NCBI GenBank assembly: GCA_018900835.1
Contig: JAHIFQ010000015.1
Span: 50,301-114,300, forward strand
Source of the DNA: Patescibacteria group bacterium
GTDB lineage: Bacteria > Patescibacteriota > Minisyncoccia > Minisyncoccales > PEYH01
DNA length: 64,000 nucleotides
Direction of reading: 5' to 3'
Below the pieces are notes generated by a model, which saw only the letters and a list, made by a program, of their open reading frames with translations, was not told where the DNA came from and searched no databases. This document shows positions 1-9,475 of this stretch, in pieces. Every line of letters begins with the position of its first letter. The first letter of the stretch is position 1. The position numbers and the translations under genes are program-made.

Positions 1-690
1 CCTAAAGGAACTGCAGTCAAGCTTACTATTTTCCGCGAGGGATGGAGTGATACTAAAGTATTTGAAATTTCAAGAGATGTGATAAAAATTCCTAATTTTC
101 AATGGGAAATTATTAATGGAGATATAGCAAAGATTAAAGTTTATCAATTTTCCAGCGGACTGGATTCTGATTTTTCAAAGATAGTTCCAAAGATTTTGGA
201 TTCTTCTGCGAAAAAAATTATTCTTGATTTGCGCAGTAATCCAGGAGGTCTTTTGTATGAAGCGCAGTTGATGGCTGGCTGGTTTTTGAATAAGGGTGAT
301 ATGGTTACCATTGAAAGCTTTGGAGAAGGTAGAGATGAGAAAGAGTATAGGGCAATTGGTAGCGGAGCTTTGTTTGAATATCCGACAGTTATACTTATCA
401 ACCAAGGAACAGCATCTGGCGCAGAAATTTTAGCAGCTGCTTTGAGAGATAATAGAGATGATGTAAAATTAATAGGAGAAAAGTCATTCGGCAAGGGCTC
501 TGTTCAGGAGCCAGTGGATTTGCGTGGAGGAGCTCTTCTCAAGGTTACAGTAGCTCACTGGCTTACTCCTAACAGAGAGATGATTAATGAGATTGGGCTT
601 ACCCCGGATATAGAAATAAAAATAACTGAAGATGACTATAAGGAAAACAGAGACCCACAATTAGATAAGGCGCTTGAGGAATTGAAATAA
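1..690 (+). CDS. S41 family C-terminal processing peptidase (5'-truncated by window)
   Basis: Frame is open from base 1. Motifs DLRSNPGG, GTASGAEI (catalytic Ser) and KSFGKGSVQ (catalytic Lys). Confidence 0.93.
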   Translation, partial: PKGTAVKLTIFREGWSDTKVFEISRDVIKIPNFQWEIINGDIAKIKVYQFSSGLDSDFSKIVPKILDSSAKKIILDLRSNPGGLLYEAQLMAGWFLNKGDMVTIESFGEGRDEKEYRAIGSGALFEYPTVILINQGTASGAEILAAALRDNRDDVKLIGEKSFGKGSVQEPVDLRGGALLKVTVAHWLTPNREMINEIGLTPDIEIKITEDDYKENRDPQLDKALEELK

Positions 691-721
691 TAATTAGGTT
701 TTAAAATAGCAGGATAGAAAT

Positions 722-1189
722 ATGAAAGTAATTCTACTCAAAGACATAGAAAATTTAGGCAAGAAATACGAGGTAAAATCCATTAAAAATGGCTATGCCA
801 GGAATTTTTTGATTCCAAATGGTTTAGCGAAGCTTGCAACCTCTTCAGCCATAACTGAACTCAAGGAGATAAAAAAGAAAGAAGAATTATTAGCAGAAAA
901 ACATTTGATTGAAACCCAGGAAATTGCTTCAAAGTTTGATGGTCAGGGAATTGAGTTTTTCGTCAAAACAGGGGAGGACGGACAATTATTTGAATCAATT
1001 ACGCCTTTGAAGATTTCTAAAAAATTATGCGAAATGGGGTTTGAAATAAAAAAAGACCAGATTATTCTGGAAAAGCCGATAAAAGAATTAGGAGAATTTC
1101 CTGTGAAAATAATGCTTGACCACCATTTGGAAGCCAAGATTACTCTTATTGTTGAGCCAGAATCACCAAGAGAGCCATCTGAAGAATAA
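722..1189 (+). CDS. rplI: 50S ribosomal protein L9
   Basis: MKVILLKDIENLGK...GYARNFLIP N-terminal signature; C-terminal PIKELGEF. Confidence 0.97.
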   Translation: MKVILLKDIENLGKKYEVKSIKNGYARNFLIPNGLAKLATSSAITELKEIKKKEELLAEKHLIETQEIASKFDGQGIEFFVKTGEDGQLFESITPLKISKKLCEMGFEIKKDQIILEKPIKELGEFPVKIMLDHHLEAKITLIVEPESPREPSEE

Positions 1190-1462
1190 TTATTCCACAG
1201 ATACTACTTTTGCTCTTCGCTGGGTTCCGTTGAATCTTCTTATCCGTTTGGTTGAAAACTTAACCAAACCTTCTTTGTTTGCGTAGAGAGTGTCATCTTT
1301 CCCTTTTCCAACATTTTTACCAGGCACATATTTGGTTCCTCTTTGTCGTATAATAATCATTCCTGGCTTGACGCTTTGGTCGGCGTTAACCTTGACCCCT
1401 AAATATTTGGGCCTTGAATCTCTTCCTAAACTTGTTGAACCAGAAGATTTTGTTTTAGACAT
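1190..1462 (-). CDS. rpmA: 50S ribosomal protein L27
   Basis: [29 protein letters not shown]. Confidence 0.97.
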   Translation of the reverse strand: MSKTKSSGSTSLGRDSRPKYLGVKVNADQSVKPGMIIIRQRGTKYVPGKNVGKGKDDTLYANKEGLVKFSTKRIRRFNGTQRRAKVVSVE

Positions 1463-1505
1463 ATTAGAAAAATTTAACGAGTAAACGAGTTTTAATTTTT
1501 CTTAT

Positions 1506-1522
1506 ACCCGCCTTGGGCGGGT
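1506..1522. repeat. GC-rich hairpin ACCCGCC-TTG-GGCGGGT in AT-rich divergent intergenic region
   Basis: Perfect 7-bp stem. Confidence 0.5.
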
Positions 1523-1574
1523 GGCTAAATTAAAAATTAAACGAGAAAAATTAAAAACAAAAAACTATATTTGT

Positions 1575-1721
1575 ATGCTATCAAAAATTGTTAAATTAGT
1601 CAATAAAAACAAAGATGTTATCTTGTTGGCTCTGATAATATTTTTGGCAAGTTTATTTATTTTTTCTCTGATTTGGATTTTCATAGAACTTGGGTCAAGC
1701 AAACCGATTGAGATATATTAA
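1575..1721 (+). CDS. small single-pass membrane protein
   Basis: Hydrophobic stretch ILLALIIFLASLFIFSLIWIF; ATG at 1575 preferred. Confidence 0.55.
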   Translation: MLSKIVKLVNKNKDVILLALIIFLASLFIFSLIWIFIELGSSKPIEIY

Positions 1722-1790
1722 ATCCACTCAATGCGCCTTAGGCGCATTTTGGTTGATAAAAATGCGCAAATATGCCAGAATTTAATCAAT

Positions 1791-3053
1791 ATGGATGATT
1801 TGTTTGATAAAAATTTAGAAGAGGCGTTAAGGAAAGATGCCCCTTTGGCAGACCGCATTAGGCCTGAGGATTTTGACTATTTTTTCGGCCAAGAAGAATT
1901 GGTAGGGGAAAGCAGTCCTTTGCGCCGGGCTATTCAAAATGATAATCTAACTTCTTTGATATTTTGGGGACCACCGGGTTCGGGCAAGACAACTTTGGCA
2001 AGGATAATCGCTAAAAAAACAAAAGCAGATTTTGTGAAATTTTCTGCTGTTGTTACTGGGATAAATGATGTTAGGAAGGCGATTGAAAAAGCTAGAGAAA
2101 GGTTAAAATTTAAAAGACAAAAAACAATCCTTTTTATTGACGAGATTCATCGTTTTAATAAAGCTCAACAGGACGCTTTTTTACCTTATGTAGAGGATGG
2201 CACGATTGTTTTGATAGGAGCTACAACAGAAAACCCTTCTTTTTCAGTGATATCACCGCTCTTATCCCGTTCAGCGGTCTATGTGTTAAAGCCATTATCA
2301 AGAGATGCGTTGAAAAGTATTTTATTGCAGGCCTTGAAAAATAAAGATAGGGGATTCGGCAATTCCGAGATAAAAGTTGAAGAAAAGGCGTTTGAACGAT
2401 TGATTAATTTTGCTGACGGAGATGCGCGGGTTGGATTAAATGGCTTGGAGTTTATAGTTAACCATTTGAAAGCGGAAAAAAAGAATATTATAAAAGCGGA
2501 TGAGGTTTCTGAAATATTAAAAGAACATGCTCTGCGTTATGACAAAAAAGGAGAAGAGCATTACAATATAATCTCTGCGTTTATAAAAAGTATGAGGGAT
2601 TCTGACCCAAATGGCGCGCTTTACTGGTTGGCGAGAATGGTGGAGTCAGGGGAAGACCCAAGATTTATTGCGCGTAGAATGGTAATTTTTGCTTCCGAAG
2701 ATATTGGCAACGCTGACCCGCAGGCGATACAAATGGCAACAGCTATTGCTCACGCTGTTGAATATGTGGGTTTTCCTGAAGCACAAATTAATTTAGCCCA
2801 TGGAGTGACTTATCTTGCCACTGCTCCTAAAAGCAATGCTTCTTACTCTGCTTTGTTAGAAGCAAAAGAAGATGCTAAAAAAGGCGCTTTTGGGGTACCT
2901 CTGTATTTGCGAAATGCAGTCACTAATTTGATGAAAAAAATTGGGTATGGAAAGGGTTATCAATATGCCCACAATGTACCGGGCAAAAAGCCAGAACAAA
3001 CTCATTTCCCAGAAGAAATAGGGGAAAAACAATATTACCATCCAGAAAAATAG
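1791..3053 (+). CDS. rarA: replication-associated recombination protein A (RarA/MgsA AAA+ ATPase)
   Basis: PLADRIRP, Walker A GPPGSGKTT, DEIHRFNKAQQD, GATTENP, ASEDIGNAD. ORF is open from 1731. Confidence 0.95.
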   Translation: MDDLFDKNLEEALRKDAPLADRIRPEDFDYFFGQEELVGESSPLRRAIQNDNLTSLIFWGPPGSGKTTLARIIAKKTKADFVKFSAVVTGINDVRKAIEKARERLKFKRQKTILFIDEIHRFNKAQQDAFLPYVEDGTIVLIGATTENPSFSVISPLLSRSAVYVLKPLSRDALKSILLQALKNKDRGFGNSEIKVEEKAFERLINFADGDARVGLNGLEFIVNHLKAEKKNIIKADEVSEILKEHALRYDKKGEEHYNIISAFIKSMRDSDPNGALYWLARMVESGEDPRFIARRMVIFASEDIGNADPQAIQMATAIAHAVEYVGFPEAQINLAHGVTYLATAPKSNASYSALLEAKEDAKKGAFGVPLYLRNAVTNLMKKIGYGKGYQYAHNVPGKKPEQTHFPEEIGEKQYYHPEK

Positions 3054-3121
3054 CATTCTTTTTTCTAAGGTGATAGAATATAATAAAGGTCAAAAGATAA
3101 TTAATAAATTACATTAAAAAA

Positions 3122-3571
3122 ATGATAAATAAATTATTGAAGAATCGTTTGTTTATGTTGTTTATTGTTATAATACTCTTAGCATCAGCAATCTTTATTG
3201 CTATTGATTTCATTTGTTGGCCTGAAAAAACAGTTTCACCAACAAGTAGCGAGAACTATATTTTCACCGAGGCAAATGAGGGTGCTGTTCAGGTTTCGGT
3301 TGGACATGAATTTGTAGTGTTGCTTGAAACAAACCCAACTACTGGCTTTCAGTGGGGATTACAGCTGGACCCTAATTATATTGATTTTAAGGGGAAAGAA
3401 TATATTGCAGATGAATCAGCAGAGGAAATAGTCGGAGCCGGAGGTCATGAAAAGTTTACATTTACAGCAATGACCATAGGCCAGTCAGAAATAATCTTTG
3501 CTTATACTAGGCCGTGGGAAAGCATAGAGCCGAAAAAGGTTATTACATACAGCATTGTCGCAGTTGAATAA
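3122..3571 (+). CDS. membrane-anchored chagasin/I42 family protease inhibitor
   Basis: NPTTGFQW, VGAGG and YTRPWE loops; N-terminal TM helix. Confidence 0.9.
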   Translation: MINKLLKNRLFMLFIVIILLASAIFIAIDFICWPEKTVSPTSSENYIFTEANEGAVQVSVGHEFVVLLETNPTTGFQWGLQLDPNYIDFKGKEYIADESAEEIVGAGGHEKFTFTAMTIGQSEIIFAYTRPWESIEPKKVITYSIVAVE

Positions 3572-3577
3572 TAATAT

Positions 3578-4171
3578 ATGGATAACCAATTTATTGATTT
3601 AGAATATCAGAGGACTAAAATTGTCCGATATTTGGACAGTTTGGATGATGAAGAGAGGAGAAGGGCATTTCGTGCAATGGATTTGGCAGAGGAACAGCAT
3701 GCCGGACAATTTCGTTCAAGCGGGATTTCTTACATCATTCATCCTATCCGCGTTGCCCTTATTTTAGTTGAAGAATTAGGGATAGATGATAATGATTTGC
3801 TATGTGCCGGTTTTTTGCATGATGTCATAGAAGACGGGGTCTTGACAGTTACACGTCTAAATAATCTATTCGGTCCGGAGGTTAGCCGTATTGTTGAAAA
3901 ATTAACGCGTTATAAGTCGGTGGGTGAGTCGGAAGAAGAAAAATTAGAAAATAAGAAAAGAAAAGCGCAGGAGATAAGCAAGGCGGACGAAAATGTGCGG
4001 ATAATAAAACTTTGCGATGTTTTGGATAACGCTCGGTCAAATAACTTTATTCCCGAAACATCTCTGGATTTCCATAAGATTTTCCGTTGGAAGGAAGAAA
4101 CAAAATCTTATCTTCCGATCGCCGAAAAAACAAATCAAAGGATTTATGAGTTATTAAATCAGCTTGAATAA
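3578..4171 (+). CDS. stand-alone RelA/SpoT-type HD hydrolase (Mesh1-like small alarmone hydrolase)
   Basis: HAGQFRSSGISYIIHP, LHDVIED, IKLCDVLDN; no synthetase domain. Confidence 0.85.
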   Translation: MDNQFIDLEYQRTKIVRYLDSLDDEERRRAFRAMDLAEEQHAGQFRSSGISYIIHPIRVALILVEELGIDDNDLLCAGFLHDVIEDGVLTVTRLNNLFGPEVSRIVEKLTRYKSVGESEEEKLENKKRKAQEISKADENVRIIKLCDVLDNARSNNFIPETSLDFHKIFRWKEETKSYLPIAEKTNQRIYELLNQLE

Positions 4172-4538
4172 TATTATGATAGAAGAATATCGTTTTGGGA
4201 AAATGATGATTGAAGGCGATGAATATAATTATGATGTGGAAGTTGACTGGGAGGGAGAGGTTTTGGAATGGACGAGAAAGAACAGTCATATAATAGATAA
4301 GGAAGATATAGAAAGGGCGCTGGAAAAAGAGCCAGAGATAATTGTTGTCGGCACTGGCGAGTCAGGAGTCGCGCAGGTGACAGAGGACGCAAAACAAAAG
4401 TGCAAGGAAGCCGGAGTGGAGCTGATAATAGATATCACTGAAGAAGCAGTAAAAACATTTAATGTAATCTGCGCAGAGTCATTGGAAGAAGATGGTGAGC
4501 AAGCGGAGGTCATAGGGCTTTTCCATTTGACCTGTTAA
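4164..4538 (+). CDS. Mth938-like (DUF498) domain protein
   Basis: IEEYRFGKMMI, EIIVVGTGESG, TEEAVKTFN, C-terminal HLTC. Confidence 0.85.
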   Translation: MNNIMIEEYRFGKMMIEGDEYNYDVEVDWEGEVLEWTRKNSHIIDKEDIERALEKEPEIIVVGTGESGVAQVTEDAKQKCKEAGVELIIDITEEAVKTFNVICAESLEEDGEQAEVIGLFHLTC

Positions 4539-4593
4539 TCATTAAGCAATTTTAATATGAAGAAAATTATTTTTGAGATATTAATTTTACATT

Positions 4594-5367
4594 ATGTCTG
4601 ATTATTACAAAGCAAAAAGGGATTATAGGATTTTTAAGCCGGGACAGTCGGGAGCGTTTAAAGTGAGCCGTTCAAAAATTGGCTTATTTATGGAATGTCC
4701 AAGGTGTTTTTATATGGATTGTTGCTTGGGCGTAAGCCGTCCGCCGGGATTTCCTTTTACTCTAAACAGCGCAGTTGACAAGCTTTTGAAAAAAGAATTT
4801 GATGTCCATCGGATTGCCAAAACCAGCCATCCTTTAATGGAAGAATATGGGATTGACGCAGTGCCGTTTCAAGACAAGCGGATTGACGAGTGGCGGGATA
4901 CGAGGAGGGGGATTCAATATATCCACGAGCCGACAAATCTTTTGATAATGGGCGCAATTGATGATATCTGGGTTAATCCGCAGGGAGAACTGCATATTGT
5001 GGATTACAAGGCAACATCAAAAGCTGGAGAAATAACATTGGATGCAGAGTGGCAGATTGGGTATAAAAGACAGATGGAGGTCTATCAATGGCTTTTTAGA
5101 CGAAATGAATTTAGTGTTTCTGATACATCATATTTTGTTTATTGTAATGGGAAGACCGATACAGAGGCATTTGATAAAAAGATTGAGTTTGATATTTCAG
5201 TAATTCCATACAAAGGAGATGACGCTTGGGTAGAACAAGCTATTCATGATATTAAAGAATGCCTTGAAAAGGACGCGATTCCGGAAATGGCGTCTGATTG
5301 CGATTATTGCAGTTATAGAAAAGCAGCTGCTCAAGAAAGCTACAAGTTTTCAAAGAAAAATAAATGA
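4594..5367 (+). CDS. PD-(D/E)XK nuclease family protein (Cas4/AddB-like, Cys-liganded)
   Basis: ECPRCF, GAIDD, VDYKAT, QMEVY, CDYC. Confidence 0.85.
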   Translation: MSDYYKAKRDYRIFKPGQSGAFKVSRSKIGLFMECPRCFYMDCCLGVSRPPGFPFTLNSAVDKLLKKEFDVHRIAKTSHPLMEEYGIDAVPFQDKRIDEWRDTRRGIQYIHEPTNLLIMGAIDDIWVNPQGELHIVDYKATSKAGEITLDAEWQIGYKRQMEVYQWLFRRNEFSVSDTSYFVYCNGKTDTEAFDKKIEFDISVIPYKGDDAWVEQAIHDIKECLEKDAIPEMASDCDYCSYRKAAAQESYKFSKKNK

Positions 5368-6029
5368 TAAAGATTTCGCCTAATTCTTTGAATCTGTATT
5401 TTGAATGTCCGTTTTGTTTTTGGCTGGAAAAGAATAGGGGAATCAAAAGACCTGCGCCGTTTCCTTATGAGTTAAACTTGGCGGTTGACCAGGTTTTGAG
5501 GCGTGATTTTGACAAACATAGAGCAAAAGATAGAAAGCATCCTTTACTTGAAGCAAACAATATTCCTGCCAAGCTTTTTTCAAACCAAAAACTTTTGAAC
5601 GAATGGCGGAACAAGTCCAAGGGATTGGAATATTATGACGAAAAAACAGGGGCAGTCATTTTCGGAGTGCTTGATGATGTGTTGGATTTTGGGAAAGGGA
5701 AACTGGCGCCGTTTGATTATAAGTCAACAGGAAGCAGTGTGCCCAAGGTCTATGACAGGTTTCAGCTTCAGATGGATGTTTACACTTTTCTTTTGGAGAA
5801 GAACGGATACGCCACTCCAAGAAAAGGCGTTTTAGTATTTTATACTGTTGATAAGGACGATTCTTTTGATGACCGATTGCCGTTCAAAAAAGAGATTCAT
5901 ATTATTGATACTGACCCATCATATATTTTAAGAACATTCCGAGAAGCGATTAAGTTTTTGAAAAAACCTGCTCCATTGGCTCACAGCCCGGAATGCGAAT
6001 TCGGCAGGTGGGCCGAGCTTTTAAAATAA
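5364..6029 (+). CDS. PD-(D/E)XK nuclease family protein, paralog of upstream gene
   Basis: ECPFCF, GVLDD, FDYKST, QMDVY; ATGA-type overlap with upstream stop. Confidence 0.85.
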   Translation: MIKISPNSLNLYFECPFCFWLEKNRGIKRPAPFPYELNLAVDQVLRRDFDKHRAKDRKHPLLEANNIPAKLFSNQKLLNEWRNKSKGLEYYDEKTGAVIFGVLDDVLDFGKGKLAPFDYKSTGSSVPKVYDRFQLQMDVYTFLLEKNGYATPRKGVLVFYTVDKDDSFDDRLPFKKEIHIIDTDPSYILRTFREAIKFLKKPAPLAHSPECEFGRWAELLK

Positions 6030-6043
6030 TCTTTAGAATCACA

Positions 6044-6070
6044 ATGTTTAGAGGTTCAACCTCTAAACAT
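6044..6070. repeat. palindrome family B: ATGTTTAGAGGTT-C-AACCTCTAAACAT
   Basis: Perfect 13-bp arms; identical copies at 7433 and 42206. Confidence 0.9.
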
Positions 6071-6076
6071 CGAATG

Positions 6077-6101
6077 ATTTTGGAAACCAGGTTTCCAAAA
6101 T
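6077..6101. repeat. palindrome family C: ATTTTGGAAACC-A-GGTTTCCAAAAT
   Basis: Perfect 12-bp arms; related copies at 23815 and 46656. Confidence 0.85.
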
Positions 6102-6180
6102 GGTGGTTTCCAGAATGGCAACAAAAACCATACTTGACACCATTTTTACCATTTTAATTATTTTAATTAAATATTAATAT

Positions 6181-6639
6181 ATGAAAACAAAAAGTAAAAT
6201 CATTATTCTAGTATTTACGTTAATTATTTTAATAATTGGGACAATTGTTTTTATAGAAGACTTTAAATATGAAAAACATGGTAATGGATGGAATGTCAGT
6301 CCGGCATTTGGAATAACAGAATTTTTATATAGAAAAATGTGTATCATCCAGAATGGGAGAGGAGTTAGCCTTGGATTTTCTGCTCGTTATTACTGTGATT
6401 TTATGTTTGAAGATGCTGGCAAAGAATGCATCAACCATGAACAATGTAAAGGAATATGTACTATGAGTAAAGAGGATGCTGAAATCTATTGCCCCGATTA
6501 TGCAAGTGCCATTTTTATTACAGAGCCTAATTGTGAGAATGCTAAAGGAATATGTTCCAAGTACCCTAGTCACGGATTTGGTGAGTCTATTTTAGTTAAC
6601 AATGGGTTTGTGACTAGAAACCTTTTAAATTATGATTAA
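6181..6639 (+). CDS. Cys-rich membrane-anchored/secreted hypothetical protein
   Basis: N-terminal TM helix and 8 Cys (DAGKECINHEQCKGIC). Confidence 0.7.
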   Translation: MKTKSKIIILVFTLIILIIGTIVFIEDFKYEKHGNGWNVSPAFGITEFLYRKMCIIQNGRGVSLGFSARYYCDFMFEDAGKECINHEQCKGICTMSKEDAEIYCPDYASAIFITEPNCENAKGICSKYPSHGFGESILVNNGFVTRNLLNYD

Positions 6640-6798
6640 ATTGTCTTAGAAATAGATTAATTTAATTATTATGGAAGAAAAAATGGTGTTAACTCTGGTT
6701 TTTAACGCTATTTTTTAATAAATTGCGCCTCGGGAAAACCCGAGGAAAAACCATAATGTTTTTTTGAAATCTGAATAAGCTTAATCCGATAAAATATC

Positions 6799-7335
6799 AT
6801 GTTATCAATCATTATTTCATATATATTTTTTATAATCGCTCTAATATTTTTGTTGTCTCTTACGGTTTCCAGTTTTTCGATTGCTCCGTGGGTTCCTTGT
6901 AAAAAGAAGGACTTGGAGCGGATTAATCGTTTGGCCGGATTAAAATCCGGTGAGTTATTTTGTGAATTGGGCTGCGGTGATGGGCGAGTTTGTAGATATA
7001 TTGCCAAAAAGAATCCCGAATCACGAATAGTTGGCATTGAATTATCTCTGCCGATTTTTTTGTGGGCGAAATTGATAGAATTATTTTTTAAGTCAGATAA
7101 TATGAAAATAAAATTTGGCAATGCTCTTAAGTATAATCTTTCAGAAATGGATGTAATATATACTTATGCTTTAGTACAATCTATTAATGGTAAATTAAAA
7201 AATAAATTTGAGAAAGAAATGAAAAATGGGGCAAAAGTTTTGTCTTATGCCTTTATCATTAATGAGTGGAAAGGGAAGACATATTTTGATAGGCCTGATA
7301 GCAAAAGCTTGCCGATTTATATTTATGAATTTTAA
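6799..7335 (+). CDS. class I SAM-dependent methyltransferase with N-terminal TM helix
   Basis: APWVP, ELGCGDGR motif I, GIELS. Confidence 0.88.
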   Translation: MLSIIISYIFFIIALIFLLSLTVSSFSIAPWVPCKKKDLERINRLAGLKSGELFCELGCGDGRVCRYIAKKNPESRIVGIELSLPIFLWAKLIELFFKSDNMKIKFGNALKYNLSEMDVIYTYALVQSINGKLKNKFEKEMKNGAKVLSYAFIINEWKGKTYFDRPDSKSLPIYIYEF

Positions 7336-7431
7336 ATTGTTGTATGGAACCAAAAAACGCCCTCCCAGCGTCTTTGGACAAAGAACTATTTGAAAAAATC
7401 TCCGATAAAATCAGAGAAATATAATTGGCTC

Positions 7432-7460
7432 AATGTTTAGAGGTTCAACCTCTAAACATT
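7432..7460. repeat. palindrome family B copy
   Basis: AATGTTTAGAGGTT-C-AACCTCTAAACATT, followed by a partial half copy at 7464-7473. Confidence 0.9.
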
Positions 7461-7493
7461 TTTCTCTAAACATCTCGAGTCAGAGAAGGGTCA

Positions 7494-7647
7494 GAGGGTG
7501 AATGCATAGCATCCACCCTCATTAACACGCGCGTTGCGCCGAAGCGCAATTCAAAAGAACGGTTGAGTCGGTCATGCCTCTCCAGGCAGTGGTAGATTGA
7601 GAAAAATAGGACAAAGGAGTTTAGGGTGAGGCAGGGGACCGATTCAA
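7494..7647 (-). ncRNA. candidate structured ncRNA (unknown family)
   Basis: Stem 7563-7580/7628-7647 with a 47-nt loop, cUUCGg hairpin 7534-7549, 12-bp hairpin 7494-7520, upstream sigma70-like promoter, no ORF. Confidence 0.5.
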
Positions 7648-7651
7648 TTAT

Positions 7652-7694
7652 ATTTTAACTTATCAACAACATCTGTCAAGCGGAATAATCCACA
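7652..7694 (-). promoter_or_regulatory. sigma70-like promoter (TTGACA-16-TAAAAT) preceded by DnaA-box-like TGTGGATTA
   Basis: -35 at 7679-7674, -10 at 7657-7652, box at 7694-7686. Confidence 0.55.
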
Positions 7695-7757
7695 ATAATG
7701 ACCAATATATCTTTTTAGGTCATTTTTTGTTAGAATAAAGGAAATAATATTGGAATT

Positions 7758-9467
7758 ATGAAAAAAGCGCTTTTAACAGCAATTATTTTTGTTTCTCTGT
7801 TTGGAGCAGGTTTTGTGATGGCTTATGAGGCAATAGATAGTTTTGATGTGATTATTAAAGTTAATTCTGACAGCACTCTTAATATTGAAGAACAAATTAA
7901 ATATAATTTTGGACTTGCTGACAAACACGGCATTTACAGGGATATTCCTATAAAGTATCAGGCAAGGGGAGGAAATTATAATCTTAGAATTTCTGATATT
8001 GAAGTGGTCAATGAAAATGGGCAGCCATATAAATTTGCCATTTCCTCTGAAGGCGAATACAAGAGAATCAAAATTGGCGATGCAGACAAATATGTTACTG
8101 GGCAGAAGACATATATTATAAGATATAAGATTGGGAGGGCGATAAATTATTTTCAGGACTACGATGAAATCTATTGGAATGCCACAGGCAATGAATGGCA
8201 AGTGCCTATTTTAGAATCATCAGCAAAAGTGATTTTGCCGGAAGCAACTAATATTCAATCAATTAAGGCAGATTGTTTTGCCGGAGCAATTGGAAGCATA
8301 GAGAAATGTTCCAGCGTTATTATCTCATCAGAGCCATCAGGAATGATTGAGTTTTCCCAGACAGCGCTGTCCTCATATCAGGGCTTAACCATAGTTGTTG
8401 GGGTGCCGAAAGGAGTAATTACGCCACCTTCCAAGTTTTCTGGAGCAATAGAGTTTTTGCGAGATAATTTGATTTTATTCCTACCAATAGTAGTATTCAT
8501 TATTTTCTTCACTATCTGGTGGAAAAAAGGCAAAGACCCGAAAGGCAGAAAAACAATTATTGCTCAATATTATGCGCCTGATAACTTGACTCCCGCAGAA
8601 GTAGGAACAATTATTGACGAAAGGGTTCATAATAAAGATATTTCAGCAGAGATAATACATTTGGCGATTAAGGGATATTTAAAAATTAAACGGAATGAAA
8701 AAAAGATTTTATTCGCCAAATCAATTGATTATGAACTTATCAAACTCAAAGAAGATGATGGCTTGCAAAATGATTTTGACCAAAAATTGTTCAAAAGCAT
8801 CTTCAAGACAAAAAACGAAGTAAAGCTTTCTGATTTAAAGAAGGATTTTTTCAAAAGCGTTAAAGAAATCAGGGACTTGATTTACAAATCAGTTACAAAA
8901 AATGGCTATTTTGTAAGCCATCCGAATAAGGCGCGTATAAGTTATATTTCTATTGGCATTATTTTTCTTTTGCCCCTTATGTTCGGAGCTGGGCTTCTTA
9001 GCAAGTCCACAGTAGTTATCAGTTTGTTAATAACAGGTCTCTTAATAATGGTTTTTGGTTTGATTATGCCGAAAAGGACATTAAAAGGAGTTTTAGCCAA
9101 AGAACATATTTTGGGATTAAAGGACTATATAGAAACAGCAGAAAAAGAGAGGATTAAGTTTCATAATGCGCCTCAAAAAAATCCAGAATTATTTGAAAAA
9201 CTTTTGCCAATGGCAATGGTCTTAGGAGTAGAAAAGGAATGGGCAGTTCAATTTAAGGATATTTATCTTAACCAACCAAGCTGGTATGAGGGGCCAGTTG
9301 GTACTGGTTTTAACTCTATCATTTTTGTCGGAAATCTTAATTTTTTCGCATCAGCAGTTCGTGGGTCAATGGCTGCTCCGGGCGGGGCAGCAGGTGGAAA
9401 GAGCGGTTTTGGGGGAGGTGGTTTTTCAGGAGGCGGATTCGGTGGCGGAGGAGGTGGAAGTTGGTAA
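7758..9467 (+). CDS. DUF2207 family membrane protein
   Basis: HGIYRDIP, YWNATGNEW, FEKLLPMAMVLGV, Gly-rich GGGFGGGGGGSW C-terminus. Confidence 0.92.
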   Translation: MKKALLTAIIFVSLFGAGFVMAYEAIDSFDVIIKVNSDSTLNIEEQIKYNFGLADKHGIYRDIPIKYQARGGNYNLRISDIEVVNENGQPYKFAISSEGEYKRIKIGDADKYVTGQKTYIIRYKIGRAINYFQDYDEIYWNATGNEWQVPILESSAKVILPEATNIQSIKADCFAGAIGSIEKCSSVIISSEPSGMIEFSQTALSSYQGLTIVVGVPKGVITPPSKFSGAIEFLRDNLILFLPIVVFIIFFTIWWKKGKDPKGRKTIIAQYYAPDNLTPAEVGTIIDERVHNKDISAEIIHLAIKGYLKIKRNEKKILFAKSIDYELIKLKEDDGLQNDFDQKLFKSIFKTKNEVKLSDLKKDFFKSVKEIRDLIYKSVTKNGYFVSHPNKARISYISIGIIFLLPLMFGAGLLSKSTVVISLLITGLLIMVFGLIMPKRTLKGVLAKEHILGLKDYIETAEKERIKFHNAPQKNPELFEKLLPMAMVLGVEKEWAVQFKDIYLNQPSWYEGPVGTGFNSIIFVGNLNFFASAVRGSMAAPGGAAGGKSGFGGGGFSGGGFGGGGGGSW

Positions 9468-9475
9468 TAAAATAA

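Noticed and set aside
4594-6120. CRISPR-Cas locus suggested by Cas4-like genes and adjacent palindromes
   Set aside because: No regularly spaced repeat-spacer array and no cas1/cas2; the palindromes are dispersed single copies.
6758-6784. ~25-bp similarity to the start of the MNT gene (about 28916-28942)
   Set aside because: Short, AT-rich and gapped; chance cannot be excluded.
7344-7424. 26-codon ORF MEPKNALPASLDKELFEKISDKIREI before a palindrome
   Set aside because: Too short to assign; at most a gene remnant.
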